IMG/VR virus record: IMGVR_UViG_3300009011_000001
Location: 124,001 to 188,000 of that record
Length of the DNA: 64,000 nt
Strand: one strand, 5' to 3'
The translations under genes were made by a program, and so were the position numbers. Below are positions 18,132 through 29,958 of the stretch, in pieces (position 1 is the stretch's first letter; each line of letters opens with the position of its first letter). Below the pieces are notes generated by a model that was given only the letters and a program-made list of their open reading frames with translations, ran no database searches and was not told the origin of the DNA.

Positions 18132-19264
18132 TGCCTTTAATCGTTACAGACGAAGATACGAACTTCCTTGTCCAGAATATCAATCTGGCTCGGAAAGTAG
18201 ACAAGCTGCCGGCGATGGTTTATACGCCGGTAATGACCGACGAAGGTCCTCGTCTGATCAAAGGTCGTGAAAGCTTCGAAGTACCTGAAAACCCTCTGGG
18301 CGACCACAACGTCATCCGTGACCTGATCATCAGCGATTACAACAGCGTCAAGTCGCCGGTCGGTGTGATCTTGGTGGGCCTCAAGGGCTCCGGCAAGACC
18401 ATGTTGTCTGAAGACCTGTGCAACAAGATCCTGGAAACCGGTCGCCCTGTACTGAACGTCACCAGCCCTCTGCCGGGCGGTATCCTCTCCACCATGATCG
18501 ACCTGCTCGGGCCATGCGCCGTGCTGTTCGACGAATTCGGTAAAGTCTACGACGACTCCGAGAAACGTAACACTGTGCTGACTCTGTTCAGCGACTCCGA
18601 AAAGCGCAACATCCTCTTTATCGTTACGGCCAACAGCGAGCGCGAATTCGTCGACGCCATGCTGAACCGCCCTGGTCGCTTCAAGTACCGCGTGAACTAC
18701 GACGGTATTAAAGAAAAGACCGTGATGGACACCATCAGCCACAAGGACCATTCCCCTGAGCTGCTCGAGTATCTGCGCCTATATTCGACCTATCACGCGA
18801 TCAGTTACGACATGCTGCTTCTGATGAAGAAGCTGTTGAAGAAGTGCAAGACTCCGCAGGACTTCATCGACAAGATCGAGTTCTACAACCTGCCGGCCAA
18901 GGTCAACGTTCGTTACGGCGTGAAGTCCGTGACCTATGGCGGGAGCACCAGCGAATATAAAGGCTGGATCGATATCCAGGAAGACGGGTCCCTGCAGCTG
19001 GAACTTACCAATGTCGCCAATGGCGAAGTGGTACATAGCCAGAAACTGGTCTGGGCCGATGTAGAAAAGGTCAAGCGCGGCAACTTCTGGCAGCTCAAGT
19101 TCGACGACTCTTTCAAGATCGAGGTGGAACGAGATGTCAGCGAGCACACATTTCGGCCGAAAGAAAGGGATCATGGTACTCCCAAGTATCAAGGGTTCCG
19201 CCACCCGGAAGACGACCTGGAATTCCGTCAAAACGATTACAAGGAACCTGTGAAACGGTTCTAG
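18131..19264 (+). CDS. AAA+ ATPase
   Basis: GLKGSGKT, VLFDEF, VTAN, NRPGRF. Confidence 0.9.
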   Translation: MPLIVTDEDTNFLVQNINLARKVDKLPAMVYTPVMTDEGPRLIKGRESFEVPENPLGDHNVIRDLIISDYNSVKSPVGVILVGLKGSGKTMLSEDLCNKILETGRPVLNVTSPLPGGILSTMIDLLGPCAVLFDEFGKVYDDSEKRNTVLTLFSDSEKRNILFIVTANSEREFVDAMLNRPGRFKYRVNYDGIKEKTVMDTISHKDHSPELLEYLRLYSTYHAISYDMLLLMKKLLKKCKTPQDFIDKIEFYNLPAKVNVRYGVKSVTYGGSTSEYKGWIDIQEDGSLQLELTNVANGEVVHSQKLVWADVEKVKRGNFWQLKFDDSFKIEVERDVSEHTFRPKERDHGTPKYQGFRHPEDDLEFRQNDYKEPVKRF

Positions 19265-19273
19265 TCAAAAAAC

Positions 19274-19295
19274 GGGCAGTAACACATTACTGCCC
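19274..19295 (+). promoter_or_regulatory. promoter motif embedded in an inverted repeat
   Basis: GGGCAGTAA-CACA-TTACTGCCC contains CAGTAACACATTAC. Confidence 0.6.
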
Positions 19296-19327
19296 TGATC
19301 TCAACCATCACTCTACCAGGAGTAAGC

Positions 19328-22058
19328 ATGACTACCGTCGTTATTGAAAAACCTACTGATCTGCTGCAATTCGTCGACAACATCAAGCACGACTTCTTCG
19401 ATGAAGGCATGGAAACCGGTCTGAAAACCCGCGTTACCTTCTTCACCGAAAGCGGTCCTGATACCGTCGCCGTCGTCAAATTGAACAAGCCAGTGTCGGA
19501 TCACGTTCACCACATGAACGCCAACCTCGGCCTGGCTCTCGACGAAGCGATCAACGAGATCCGCCGCCAGGAAGGTCTGCAATTCGAAAACACCAGCATC
19601 GTGCTTTCCGAAGAGCTGAACAACCAGGACGAGTAAACTCGCACCGACCAGTGGGCGACGGCCCACTGGTCTTTATGCTGCGTAGTACTCGACACTTCTT
19701 CCCACAGGAGAAAGGCAATATGCGCATCACCCAGCTGTTACAGTCGAGTGCCGTGGTTAGTCTTTCAACCATTCTTGCCATGGGACACTTCCGGCTGCGC
19801 GAAGTCTGTGCAGAACAAGTACGGACAATTGCTCGGTACAGGAAGGAATTAGCTCGCATGGCCGCCGCCCACAAGGAGACGATGAGCGCGCTAAGGTTGG
19901 AGAACGATCAGTTACGTGACTCGGCTGCGGACACTCACAATCGGCTGGAAGCTGACTTCGAACATCGTATCGAGGTTCTCTTTCTGCGGATGGCGAGCGA
20001 TCGCGGAATACGTTTTCACGAAGATGCCACACTTGATGACATGGAAGAGCAGCTCCTTAAAGCTGATCGCCGTTGTGGTCAACGAGTCACCATCGGAAGC
20101 GGGCATCGTGCCAAAAACCAGCAACCTCGCCACAGACAAGACCACCAAAAGAATTAGGAGTACCAACCATGACTTTTATTCGTACCGCTGTAAACTTTGC
20201 TGCTTCGGCAGCCCTCTTTGGTGCCGGCTATCTGGTCGGTAAACGCCAAGGCGGAATGGATGTACAGGTCGGCCAACTGCTGGACCATCACAGCCTGCAG
20301 ATGACGGCCTACCGTAAGCTACACACCCAATTCGAAGAAGCGCTCGACGCCCCGGAAGAAATCCTCGAAATCGTTAAGGGCGATATCGAGAAGATCCGCG
20401 AAAGCTTCAAGCAGTATCTGGACAGCATCGACTTCACCGGTAGCACCAAGCGGTTGCATGACACGACCAGCACCAAGGTGAAGAAGCTCGTCCTCCACAT
20501 CACCGATCTTAAGAAAGGCAAGACCAACACATGAAACGCCTGATTGCGCTGTTCCTGATCCTGGCTCCACTGGCCTCGCACGCTGCTCTCACTGTACAGA
20601 ACCACAAGGTGACGTACGATGACTGCCAGCGTAGCGCGTCCATCATTCAAGGCGCCATTGAGGCGCGCGACGAAGTCGATTTCGATACCGTCGTTCAAAC
20701 GTTACAGCGCGATGAATACAAAAAGATCGATGGCTTCACGGCCATGTTGCCGATGACGAAGGATTACCTGAAACAGGTGTTCTTCAATAACCTCGTCAAC
20801 ACCACGGCGTTTCAAACAGAGTGTCAAACTCTGGTAGGTAAAGAACCGCCGCGCTCTATCTGACCTACTCCGTAGAGGCTTCGGCCTCTACGGGTCTTTC
20901 CTTTCTTATTTTTTAGGTGACATATGCCAATCTACAAAGTAGCAATCGTTGAGCAGCAAGAAGGGGTTCCCTACCTCTTTACCTGCATTCGTTACGATTC
21001 GTCGGTCTCGTTGTTCTTTGAGGTCGAAGGTGACACTCTTGTCCAGGCCATCAACAAGGACCTGGAATACCGTCCGTTCTACGAACGCGTTGAGTTCGGC
21101 ATCCTCCCGATCGATAACACGGATCGCATGCACGTTATCGACTTCGACCCTATCGGCGCCGAGCAGATCAAGTCGTCTCTGTGCGAAGTGGTTCTTCTGC
21201 CAGTCAAAGAGCTGGGCGACGATCACTTCATCATGTTCTGCAACAACATGAAAGTGCTCTACAAGAACCTGCGTGGTTCGGTCTCTCAGCAGCCCATCAA
21301 CCTCGCTCAGGCGTGTGACGTCAAACTCCACCCTACGCGTGGCTTCATGGCCTTTGATGGCTTTGGTGCGATTGCAGGGACTTTGGCTAGCGCCGAACTT
21401 CTCTGATCGTTTATTTTTAGCAAGGACGCTAAAGTACTGAGCACTATGGGTAGCGCTAAATATGAAAAAGAAAAAGATTTATTTCGGTAAGCTCCGTCGT
21501 CAGGACGGGCACCTGGTTCAGCAGCTGTGGATCAATAACCGCCTTTCTGTTGCTCGGGTTCTGTCCAAAAAGTTTGGCGTAACGGTAAAGGAAGCGTTTG
21601 CTTTCGCTACCTGCATATTCAGCGAAAACGTACCGGATGGTTTCAAGTTCGGTATGTTGCCTGAATCCGATCACGACAATGTACGGCAGTTGATTAAAGA
21701 TCGTGTCGTGCCAAGGCTGCTTACTGTTGCTCACCTTAAGGTTCTGACGGCAAGTTCGTTCGGTTACGCCGTCATGCATTACAAGAAGCCAGATGGAAAC
21801 ATGACTTCTGCTGGCTGTCTCTTTACAGTTCCGATCGAAGATAAGAGTCAGCGCATCAAGAAACACAACTTCATTGTTCCGGAAGCCCAGACGATTGAAT
21901 ATGGCTGGAACGGGGAGAATGAAACCATCGAACGGGAAAGTTTCAGCCGTACATTGCATCGCGCTGGTAAACGAGAAGGTTCGTTCCTCTGGTGGCAAAG
22001 CAGCTGGAAAGCTTTAAAGGCCGCAACACAACTCACCCTGCAAGGAGAAAACGTATAA
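19328..22058 (+). CDS. run of hypothetical CDSs (19328-19636, ~19720-20157, ~20169-20534, 20531-20863 exported, 20924-21406, 21462-22058)
   Basis: RBS-led ORFs; 20531 has a signal peptide (ASHA). Confidence 0.65.
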
Positions 22059-22685
22059 ATGAAAAAGACACTCATCGTCGGCGCTGTAGTCGCATCTACA
22101 GCTTTGTTGGCCCTGACCGGCTGTGAACAAGAACCAACCGATGCCGAGATCCAGGCGGCTATCGATGAAGAAGCCAAAGCTCAGACCATGTCCGACATGG
22201 CTTCTGAAGACGTCGAGCTGAAGCAAAAGTTGCTCGAACTGCAGAAGGTCGACCCAGCCGTCAAAGACGCTTACTACTCGGTCGACGAGAACGGCGTGAA
22301 GCATCTGCACGTTGTCAAAGAAGACCCGTCCAAGAAAGACGAGAACGGTGCTTCCGGCATGTCCGAAAGCGTGTGGCCATTGGTGGCCGGTCTCGCTGGT
22401 GGCGCTCTACTGATGAACATGATGAACAGTGGTGGTTCCAGCGCCTACGCCAACCGCTATCCTCCGAGTAGCTACCAGTCTGGCTTCACTCGTGAGGAAG
22501 AGAAGAAGCGTCGTGGCACTTACACCTCCAGCTACGTCAACACCGCCATGATGAACAACCGCAGCTCCATTGCGAGCAACCCGGCACGTTTGTCCAGCGT
22601 GCGCACCAATCTGTCGACCCGTACCTCCGGGGCACTGTCCAGCAGCTCTTCTGCCCGTGCTTCCTCCCACTCCTCTTCGAGCTAA
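22059..22685 (+). CDS. YgiB/YjfM (DUF1190)-like lipoprotein with a Ser-rich tail
   Basis: Lipobox LTGC; WPLVAGLAGG..MNMM segment; SSSSSARASSHSSSS C-terminus; adjacent to a GSP synthase homolog. Confidence 0.65.
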   Translation: MKKTLIVGAVVASTALLALTGCEQEPTDAEIQAAIDEEAKAQTMSDMASEDVELKQKLLELQKVDPAVKDAYYSVDENGVKHLHVVKEDPSKKDENGASGMSESVWPLVAGLAGGALLMNMMNSGGSSAYANRYPPSSYQSGFTREEEKKRRGTYTSSYVNTAMMNNRSSIASNPARLSSVRTNLSTRTSGALSSSSSARASSHSSSS

Positions 22686-22688
22686 TCC

Positions 22689-23993
22689 ATGAAAGTCACT
22701 TACCACAAAGTCGAATTCCCGATCGATCAACTTCTCGAACAAAACCTGCCCTGGTCTCGTAATTTCTACACCGATCAGAACGAACTCAAGTCCGACGTCA
22801 CCGACCTGTTCGAGTTCTTCATCAAGAACAAAGACAATCTGCCGTTCTACAACCTGACTGAGCGTGAAGGCGTCCACATCCAACAGGTGGCGAACGCGTC
22901 GTACGAAGTCATGCTGCAAGCCGTGCGGTATGCGTTCGACCACCCTGACCTGATTCGTCAGTACTTCGATTGCAAGATGCTGAACAGCCCGGCTGGCGAT
23001 GCGTTCATCGCGTACGCCAAGTGGACGCTCGGTCAGATCAACATGCGCGGTCAGTCGCTGTACTCTCGCTTCGACATGGCGTTCGATCCGGTCAGTGGTA
23101 CCGTAAAAGGTATCTACGAGCTGAATGCCGATACGCCAACCATGTTGTTCGAATCGACTACGCTGCAGGACGAGTTGGTTCGCCAGATCACGGGCGAAGA
23201 CAATCAGTTCAATAACTGGTTCGAAAACATCGCGGCCACTCTGAAAGAAACTCTGAAGGGTGTGTATAAAGGCAACAAGTTCGGCGTCGTTTTCGATAGC
23301 AACTATATCGAAGACACCACTACCTGCGAGATCATCAGCGATCTGCTGGAAGAGCCGACTGCCTGCATGATGGTCGACATCAAGCACCTGGACTACGAAG
23401 ATCTGCAACCTTCCCGTCCATGGATCGCTTACGAACACACGCTCGATGGCATGTTCATCCTGTCGCCGTGGGAAGAGATGGTCGTCAACTTCCCGAAAGC
23501 CTGGCTGCATTGGGAATCGTGGTGCAACAACGTCGTGGTTATGGAACCGGCCTGGAAATGGTTCATGTCCAACAAAGGCATTTTGGCCCTGGTCAGCGAT
23601 CTGCTTGAAAAGGGCCTCATCGGCCACGGCTTCGAAGCACCTCTGTTACCATTCCTGCACACCAGCCTCAGCCAACACCGCTTCGAAGGTCAGTTCTACG
23701 TCTCTAAGCCGAAGGTCGGCCGGATGTCGAACAACATCACGTTGTACGGCGACGATGGTTACGCGGTGGTTTCCACTGGCGGCGACTACCTCGACGAGAC
23801 CAAGGTCTTCCAGGAATACTGCCCAGCCGGTTCTCTGCGTGAAGGCACTAACTTCATCGTCAGCGTCTGGATGGAAGGTGGAAGTCCGGTCACCAAGATC
23901 GCCAAAGCGACGAACATCGCTATCCGCGAATTCGATACGCATGTGTCGAATGTGCAGAATGAGCGATTCGTTCCTCACGTCGTTGTGGAATGA
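22689..23993 (+). CDS. glutathionylspermidine synthase family (YgiC/YjfC-like ATP-grasp ligase)
   Basis: LYSRFD, YELNADTPT, PWE, MEPAWK...NKGILA, YV.KP..GR..NNI, FVPH. Confidence 0.92.
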   Translation: MKVTYHKVEFPIDQLLEQNLPWSRNFYTDQNELKSDVTDLFEFFIKNKDNLPFYNLTEREGVHIQQVANASYEVMLQAVRYAFDHPDLIRQYFDCKMLNSPAGDAFIAYAKWTLGQINMRGQSLYSRFDMAFDPVSGTVKGIYELNADTPTMLFESTTLQDELVRQITGEDNQFNNWFENIAATLKETLKGVYKGNKFGVVFDSNYIEDTTTCEIISDLLEEPTACMMVDIKHLDYEDLQPSRPWIAYEHTLDGMFILSPWEEMVVNFPKAWLHWESWCNNVVVMEPAWKWFMSNKGILALVSDLLEKGLIGHGFEAPLLPFLHTSLSQHRFEGQFYVSKPKVGRMSNNITLYGDDGYAVVSTGGDYLDETKVFQEYCPAGSLREGTNFIVSVWMEGGSPVTKIAKATNIAIREFDTHVSNVQNERFVPHVVVE

Positions 23994-24046
23994 TTAAGCT
24001 AACGAAGGGGGTGAGGGAACTCATCCTCCTCTTATCCGTTGGTGCG

Positions 24047-24166
24047 ATGGCTGGCGAAGCCGACAACACTATTAAAGCAACCACACGGGACTACCGCCCT
24101 ACCAAATACGCTAAGCGTGTCAGAAAAGGTAGAAATGGAAAGCCACTAAGGAGTTGGGAAAAGTGA
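24047..24166 (+). CDS. small basic protein (39 aa)
   Basis: MAGEADNTIK...RVRKGRNGKPLRSWEK; stop overlaps the next GTG. Confidence 0.5.
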   Translation: MAGEADNTIKATTRDYRPTKYAKRVRKGRNGKPLRSWEK

Positions 24167-27100
24167 CAAATGCTTTTGATTTGAAATCGTTCTTGGCTGG
24201 GTTTCTGAAGAATCGCCAACAGAAAGGTCCAGAAGAGTCTGTGAAGTATCGGCTCCGAAACCTCGCTGGTGGTCCAGAAGCATTGGAAGGCTACGAGTGG
24301 GTCGTGAATGAAGTAACGATTCCCTGCGTGTCTCAGAATCACGCTGAACGTACAGTTGAGCGTATGCGCCTGGATACTACTCGCGTCGTCGGCACTTCGG
24401 TTATTGAAACAGTTTCTGGTCCGATTGTTCGAGCGTATTTGCTGAATCGTGCGCTCTGCATTCATCAGTTAGATAACATTCCGGTTCGTAAACTGAGTCC
24501 GATTGGCGACACCATGCTGTTTGGCATTGTCAATCCCTCCAAGGCAGTGGTTCGGTACGTTCTCGATGGCGGAACTTCTGAGATCAACATGAACCCCGCT
24601 TTTGAAGCGCCAGTGAACAAACGCACGGCAATACATTACTAGGCTGTATAACAACACAAAGGAGCGTAGTGGGATGACCATCCAGTCTGTGTCTGTAAAG
24701 AAACGTTTACCGCCCGATGAAGAATTGGAGATGGAGATTGAAATCCGTGGCCAGGACGGTGCAGGTAAGACGTTGATTGCCGCCATGCTCCAAGAGACTT
24801 TGGAATTCGCCGGCTTCAAGAACGTCACCATCGTTTCTGCCGTTGGGGATGCCGCAAAGACTCGGCGGCGCCTGAATCGCATTGACCTGCGTGATCAGCG
24901 GTGCCTTAAAACACACATCCGAATTCTGGATGAAGATAAACCCATTGTGAAGGAGGGAGCAGAAAGCCAGTCGAACGGTAGCCTCACTAAACTTCTGAAC
25001 ATATTCCGATAGCCGCAAGGATTCAACGTGAATACTGAAATCATCAACTACATCGCCCAGCGTAAACCGCGCGGGGTAACGACACCTTACGATTCGACTT
25101 CCGCCACGATTGAAACGATCGTCAAGGGGTCTCGCTTCTTTCCGGCATTTAAAGCCTTCGCCGCAGTCCATAGCGTCCTCAAAGATTTTGTTTCTGCTGC
25201 TGAGCTGAACTGGCAGTTAAAGACCAACATCGAAGTCGACTGCACGAAAGAAGAAGGCCTGACGTTTTCCATCAAGACCTGCATGGATGAAGAAGAGCCG
25301 CTGAATGTTTCGACGTTCATGCAGCTGAAGGCATTCGAACATCCAGAGCCTGTGGTGTCGCGCCCTATCTCCGGTCCTGAACTTGGACCACTGCATCTTC
25401 AGATCGGTCGGCACTATAAGGAACACAACTACCCGCCTGCCAGCATCTTTTGGTCGCTGTCGTCGTGGTTCCAGAGCGCCGGTTGGTTGTGCGACGATTT
25501 CCTTTTCGATGGCGTGAAACACAAAGTTCGTTTCATGTTCATCGAACCGGTTACTCGCAAGCAGACATTTGAAGCAGTCATTGACTTCAGCGTCATGATT
25601 TCAGATTGCGAGATCGCCAACCGTCCAGAGCCTGAGCCGGAACCCGTTCCGGAACCAGAGCCTGAGTACAAGATGGAGAACGTCTACATCCTCCCTCACG
25701 CTCGCGACACTTACGGCCGGCCGTTGATAGACAGTGGTATTTATCGCTTTCTGACCGATGGTGAAACGATCCGTTGGGAAAACGTTACCAGTGAATCTTT
25801 CCCAGGGCTTGGAACCACTTACGTCCGCATGGGCAAGTTCATGCTTCATGACAAGTTCCTCAAGCGCACGTTCGATTTGTTCGACGAATACAAAGACGCC
25901 GGTCTGGACTTTGTTTCGATGGCTCGTTTCTGCCACCAGCAGGTCGATCCAAACGAAATCTTCCGTGAGCAGTACTCGCAACCGTAATTGTTGTATCCCA
26001 CAAAACCTTTGGAGTTAGTCGCAATGACAACCCTAGCTACTATTGAACAACCAGAAGCCCACAACCACACGCTAGATGATGTTCTTGAACATCACGCCGA
26101 TCAGCAGGATCCGGGTATTCGCGCCCGGTCTGCTGTAGCCAGCCGTGCAGCAGCCGCTGCCAAAGTGGCAAAGCGAATCCTGTACAGAACGATTGCTTTC
26201 ATTCTCTTCATCTCCGTCGTCGTTATTGGTGCCGGTGGCTATTACGTTTACGCCACCAGCACCAAAGGTTACGTCACCGATCATCGAAGCTGTGAACTCG
26301 ATGTAGGCGGTTACACCGTTACAGGGGAACGCACCTACAGTTATCCTTACACGGATTTCTTGATGTGGCGAAATATCGACAAGACCACCGTTACGGAAAA
26401 GACCCTTATTGATGTCAAGGGTACGGCCATGACAGTGGTGGGTATCACGGGCGAAGACTCTGTCGTCACGTCCATCGGAGAAGGCGAGCGAGGTACGGCG
26501 GTCATTAAAGCTGCCGACACGTACGTCTTCATGATCAACAAGAAGGTCGCTTCAAAGTCTTACAAAACTTTCTGCAAGTAAAGGGGAATGTAAATGTCAA
26601 GTGCCCAAAAGTCTTTGCTGGCCGACACCCATCACGAAATCCTCGCCACACTCAAACGCCTTGAGGAAGCTGGCGACATCGCAGAAGAGGCGGTTCATTT
26701 CTTCCGCGAAAAGGTTCGGCAGAATGGCAGTAACATTCTCAGCCTTTACATCCTGGACGTGACGCGTCCGAAGATGGAAGACGGAGAGTACCGTGTAAAG
26801 GTCCACAAAGAACTGACCCTCATGAAGGATTTCAGTCAGCTCGTCGCAACTCCTTTGCTCAACCACCCTCCGCGCAACTTGACTCAAGACGAGGTCAAGC
26901 TTCTGTTTGATGAACTCCGAGATACGGGGGAACAGAAAGATGAGCAACATTCCTAAAGGTACCGTTACGGCGATCACGGTTGCCAATGGTCGCGAAGATG
27001 TTCTTGCGAAGCTTGAGAAGTATCGCATGAACGACTTGCTGACCAGGTCCGAGATGGCGGTGTTCATTGCGAAGATGGACGCCAACACCGGCAGCGTTAT

Positions 27101-27591
27101 TCAGCTCCACCACGGGACTATCCAGTACCCGGGCGATTTATTGAAGGATGGTCTCATTCTCATGAATGAAGGCCAGATCCTTCATCAAGTAAACATCGGC
27201 GACTTCTTCCGTAAGAATGATCGTCCAAACACCACTCCGGATAAACCAACCTGGTCCGACGGGATCAACTGGGATCGAAAGTTCAATGACCGTTAAGCAT
27301 CTTTCTGTAAGCAAGCAACTCAAGCTGTTCAACAAAGAAATCCTGCGCAAGCATATCGAACTCAAAGGCAAGGGCATCAACGTCTTTGAGATCAGCGAGG
27401 AAGACCTGTTGAACCGCATCGCCGATCTGCTGATCAACGCGACCAACGAACCGGACTGGATGGTGACTCTGGCTCTGTACAGCTTCGCTTCTCGCCACAG
27501 CGAGTTTGCGCCGGCTCAGTTCATTGCCGAGAACATCAAGGATCCTGAGATCAACATCGACTTGCCAAACGACGACCAATTGGTCCATTGA
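24163..27591 (+). CDS. run of hypothetical CDSs, including a small P-loop protein (24674-25012), a PEPE-linker protein (25028-25987) and a membrane-anchored protein (~26024-26581)
   Basis: GQDGAGKT at 24674; PEPEPEPVPEPEPE linker; TM helix in 26024. Confidence 0.65.
24626..24639 (+). promoter_or_regulatory. putative early promoter motif
   Basis: CGGCAATACATTAC. Confidence 0.5.
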
Positions 27592-27593
27592 CG

Positions 27594-27631
27594 GCATAAA
27601 GCTCCCCAGCGCATCAGGGGAGCTTTTTTTT
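27594..27631 (+). terminator. intrinsic terminator
   Basis: AAAGCTCCCC...GGGGAGCTTT followed by a T-tract. Confidence 0.8.
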
Positions 27632-27649
27632 GTCTAGGTTATCGGATCT

Positions 27650-27663
27650 CAGTCACACATTAC
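27650..27663 (+). promoter_or_regulatory. putative early promoter motif
   Basis: CAGTCACACATTAC, identical to 51712-51725. Confidence 0.7.
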
Positions 27664-27700
27664 CCGCTTAGTATCACTTGACCAATTAGGTAGAATAACG

Positions 27701-28291
27701 ATGCACAAGGCCGCCGCCGCAATGGAACGTCTGGCATTTATTTTTGCAATTCACGAAGACCGTAAAGAGCTCAAGAAAGTCATTACGCGTTTTCGTAAGT
27801 ATTGTTCAAACGCTGTACGCGATGACATCATCAAGACCATTCTTGATGCCCCTAATTACAAAGAGGAGTTCGAACGACTCGACGAACTGTACAGCAAGTT
27901 CAAGCCTTTAGCTACACAGTTTGAAGAAGAAGGGTATCCTGCAATGGTCGTGGTCAATGAAGAGGAGGCTTATCCGATTCAGATCAATATGCGCGATGCT
28001 AAGTCCCGCATGGCCATCTATGAAAACCTGACAGAAGAAGCCGCCAAGGAACAGATCCGCCAAGATCGATTCTGGGCGCTCGGTAACGAATACGAAATGC
28101 AACTCGCTGCAGGGCATTCGGTCATGAACCAGCTGAGTCTCGATAAGCTTTACTTCAAAGTTCAGCTGTTTGAGTCGAAAGGTTTCTCCGGCACGATCGC
28201 TGATCTTGGCGTTGCGCGCATACATGATCGCGTCCTACATAAGCCGGAACAGTCTGCTTATATCAACAGTATTGCAGGGGGAAGGACTTAG
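27701..28291 (+). CDS. hypothetical protein
   Basis: 196-aa ORF after promoter. Confidence 0.7.
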   Translation: MHKAAAAMERLAFIFAIHEDRKELKKVITRFRKYCSNAVRDDIIKTILDAPNYKEEFERLDELYSKFKPLATQFEEEGYPAMVVVNEEEAYPIQINMRDAKSRMAIYENLTEEAAKEQIRQDRFWALGNEYEMQLAAGHSVMNQLSLDKLYFKVQLFESKGFSGTIADLGVARIHDRVLHKPEQSAYINSIAGGRT

Positions 28292-28293
28292 CC

Positions 28294-28911
28294 ATGTCGA
28301 TCATCAAACTAGACAAGCTTTATTCGGTAGTGTCCATCACCCATCGTGCAACTGGCTGTTATCACCTGGTGGTTACGTCGGTGCCGCCTGAAGAATACAC
28401 GCACGATCATCTGGTCGGTTACATGAACGACTACGCTAAGCGGAACCACAAGATCAGCAACTACGCCATGCGTGAGTTTGCTATTGCGCTTAGTCCGCTG
28501 AGCGCAGAAGACTTTGATCGTCGTGTCCTGCACAAGAACATCCACTACAGCGAAGCCAAGGCTAAAGCTCTGATCGAAACCATGCAGATAGGTGTCGATA
28601 AGTTGCTGACGGCTAACCTGGTAAAGCCTGTTCTGTGGGAGCTGAATGTTCTAGCCAAGCTCCGGCTACAAACTGGCAAACCAAGCCCGTATGTGCAAGT
28701 GGCAGAAGACACCGGTCCTCTAACTCCTCAGCAAAACGAAGAGTTGGAGAAACTTCTTCTTCGTCGGCACACTTACGGGGTGATTGGCACTCAACCAAAA
28801 GGGCGCGCCTACGAACAGTTGCAAAAGCTTGGTCGGGGGCATCGCAACAACATTAACGAACGCACGATTACGATGATAGACAACACCTACAAAACAAGGG
28901 GTTCTGAGTAA
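28294..28911 (+). CDS. GIY-YIG-like derived protein, paralog of 39960-40688
   Basis: YSVVSITHRATGCY; SN..R.F and EAKA.A....G...LLTAN shared with the paralog. Confidence 0.45.
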   Translation: MSIIKLDKLYSVVSITHRATGCYHLVVTSVPPEEYTHDHLVGYMNDYAKRNHKISNYAMREFAIALSPLSAEDFDRRVLHKNIHYSEAKAKALIETMQIGVDKLLTANLVKPVLWELNVLAKLRLQTGKPSPYVQVAEDTGPLTPQQNEELEKLLLRRHTYGVIGTQPKGRAYEQLQKLGRGHRNNINERTITMIDNTYKTRGSE

Positions 28912-29928
28912 TGCCAGAAGTGACTATCAATGGTGTTCGCTACATTCCAGCGCCACCTACCTGTGAGAACCCCGCTCTTCTTGATTTCGAGTGGGACTTT
29001 CGCGATGTAGGCAAAGTCCGCATCCGGGATTTTCTCCGGCAGTTGCTCACTACTCTCTGGGATGAAGGCGAACGCTTTGATGCCAAGTGGCCGTGGGGAA
29101 ATAGCGGCTGGCAATGGGACTTCTACGAAGCTCTCATTGCCGCCAAGGCCATTGAGGGCGATATCGATGTCAACGCATTCGGCTGGGAACGTGGAGACGG
29201 CAACGCCGAAAAGGCTAAAGCAATCACTATCGGTCTGATCACAGAGATGTGCAAACCGCATCCAATCGTTCATGCCGACTGGGTAGCGGCACCAAATTAA
29301 AACAGGAGTTATCATGGGAGGATATTCCCTCGACACGCAGGTTAATCCTGACGACTTTTCTGACCCGCAGATAAAGATGCAGGTTGCCTTCCGTTCCGGC
29401 TATAAAGGAAAGGTTCGGCGCAGCTACGATCTGTTCCTCGATACAGATGGCACGCGCAGTAAGTTCATTGCGTATCGTGCTGTCTTCGGCGGAATGGTCG
29501 TCTGCCACACAATCGAAAGCGAATACGAGCCTGGCAAGAACTGCCGGATGATTCTCTGGTATTTCAGACGCGGTAAGTCTACACCGATCCCTCTTGATGT
29601 ATGGGCAGGTGATGCCAAGGCCCGTTTCCCGGAAGGTTGTCGTGATCCGGGCATGATTGAGATGCAGCCAAACCTCATGCAGCGTCGTTACATGACGACA
29701 GGCGTGTGGCAGGAACCTCGGGTGCCTCGACCTTATTCAAAACCTGCTGGACTCAGAAACGGCTTAGAGCCGGGAGTTATCTTTGTCGACAAGGGAATCT
29801 ATCGCGATAGCGATACTGGCGAACTCTATGCTGAAGTTACGGGTAAGGAAATTGCCAAGAAGTTTGATGAAAACCATCTGGTAGTCCCGAACGTCCTCGG
29901 CGGCTTTAAAATCCTTCGAAAACAATAA
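28911..29928 (+). CDS. two hypothetical CDSs (28911-29300, 29314-29928)
   Basis: RBS-led ORFs. Confidence 0.7.
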
Positions 29929-29958
29929 ACGCTGTACCACCACTAGGAAGAAGTAATA

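Noticed and set aside
25623-25665. PEPE repeat, and the PAKPAEK repeats at ~55210-55345, as functional DNA repeats
   Set aside because: They are ordinary low-complexity protein linkers with synonymous variation.
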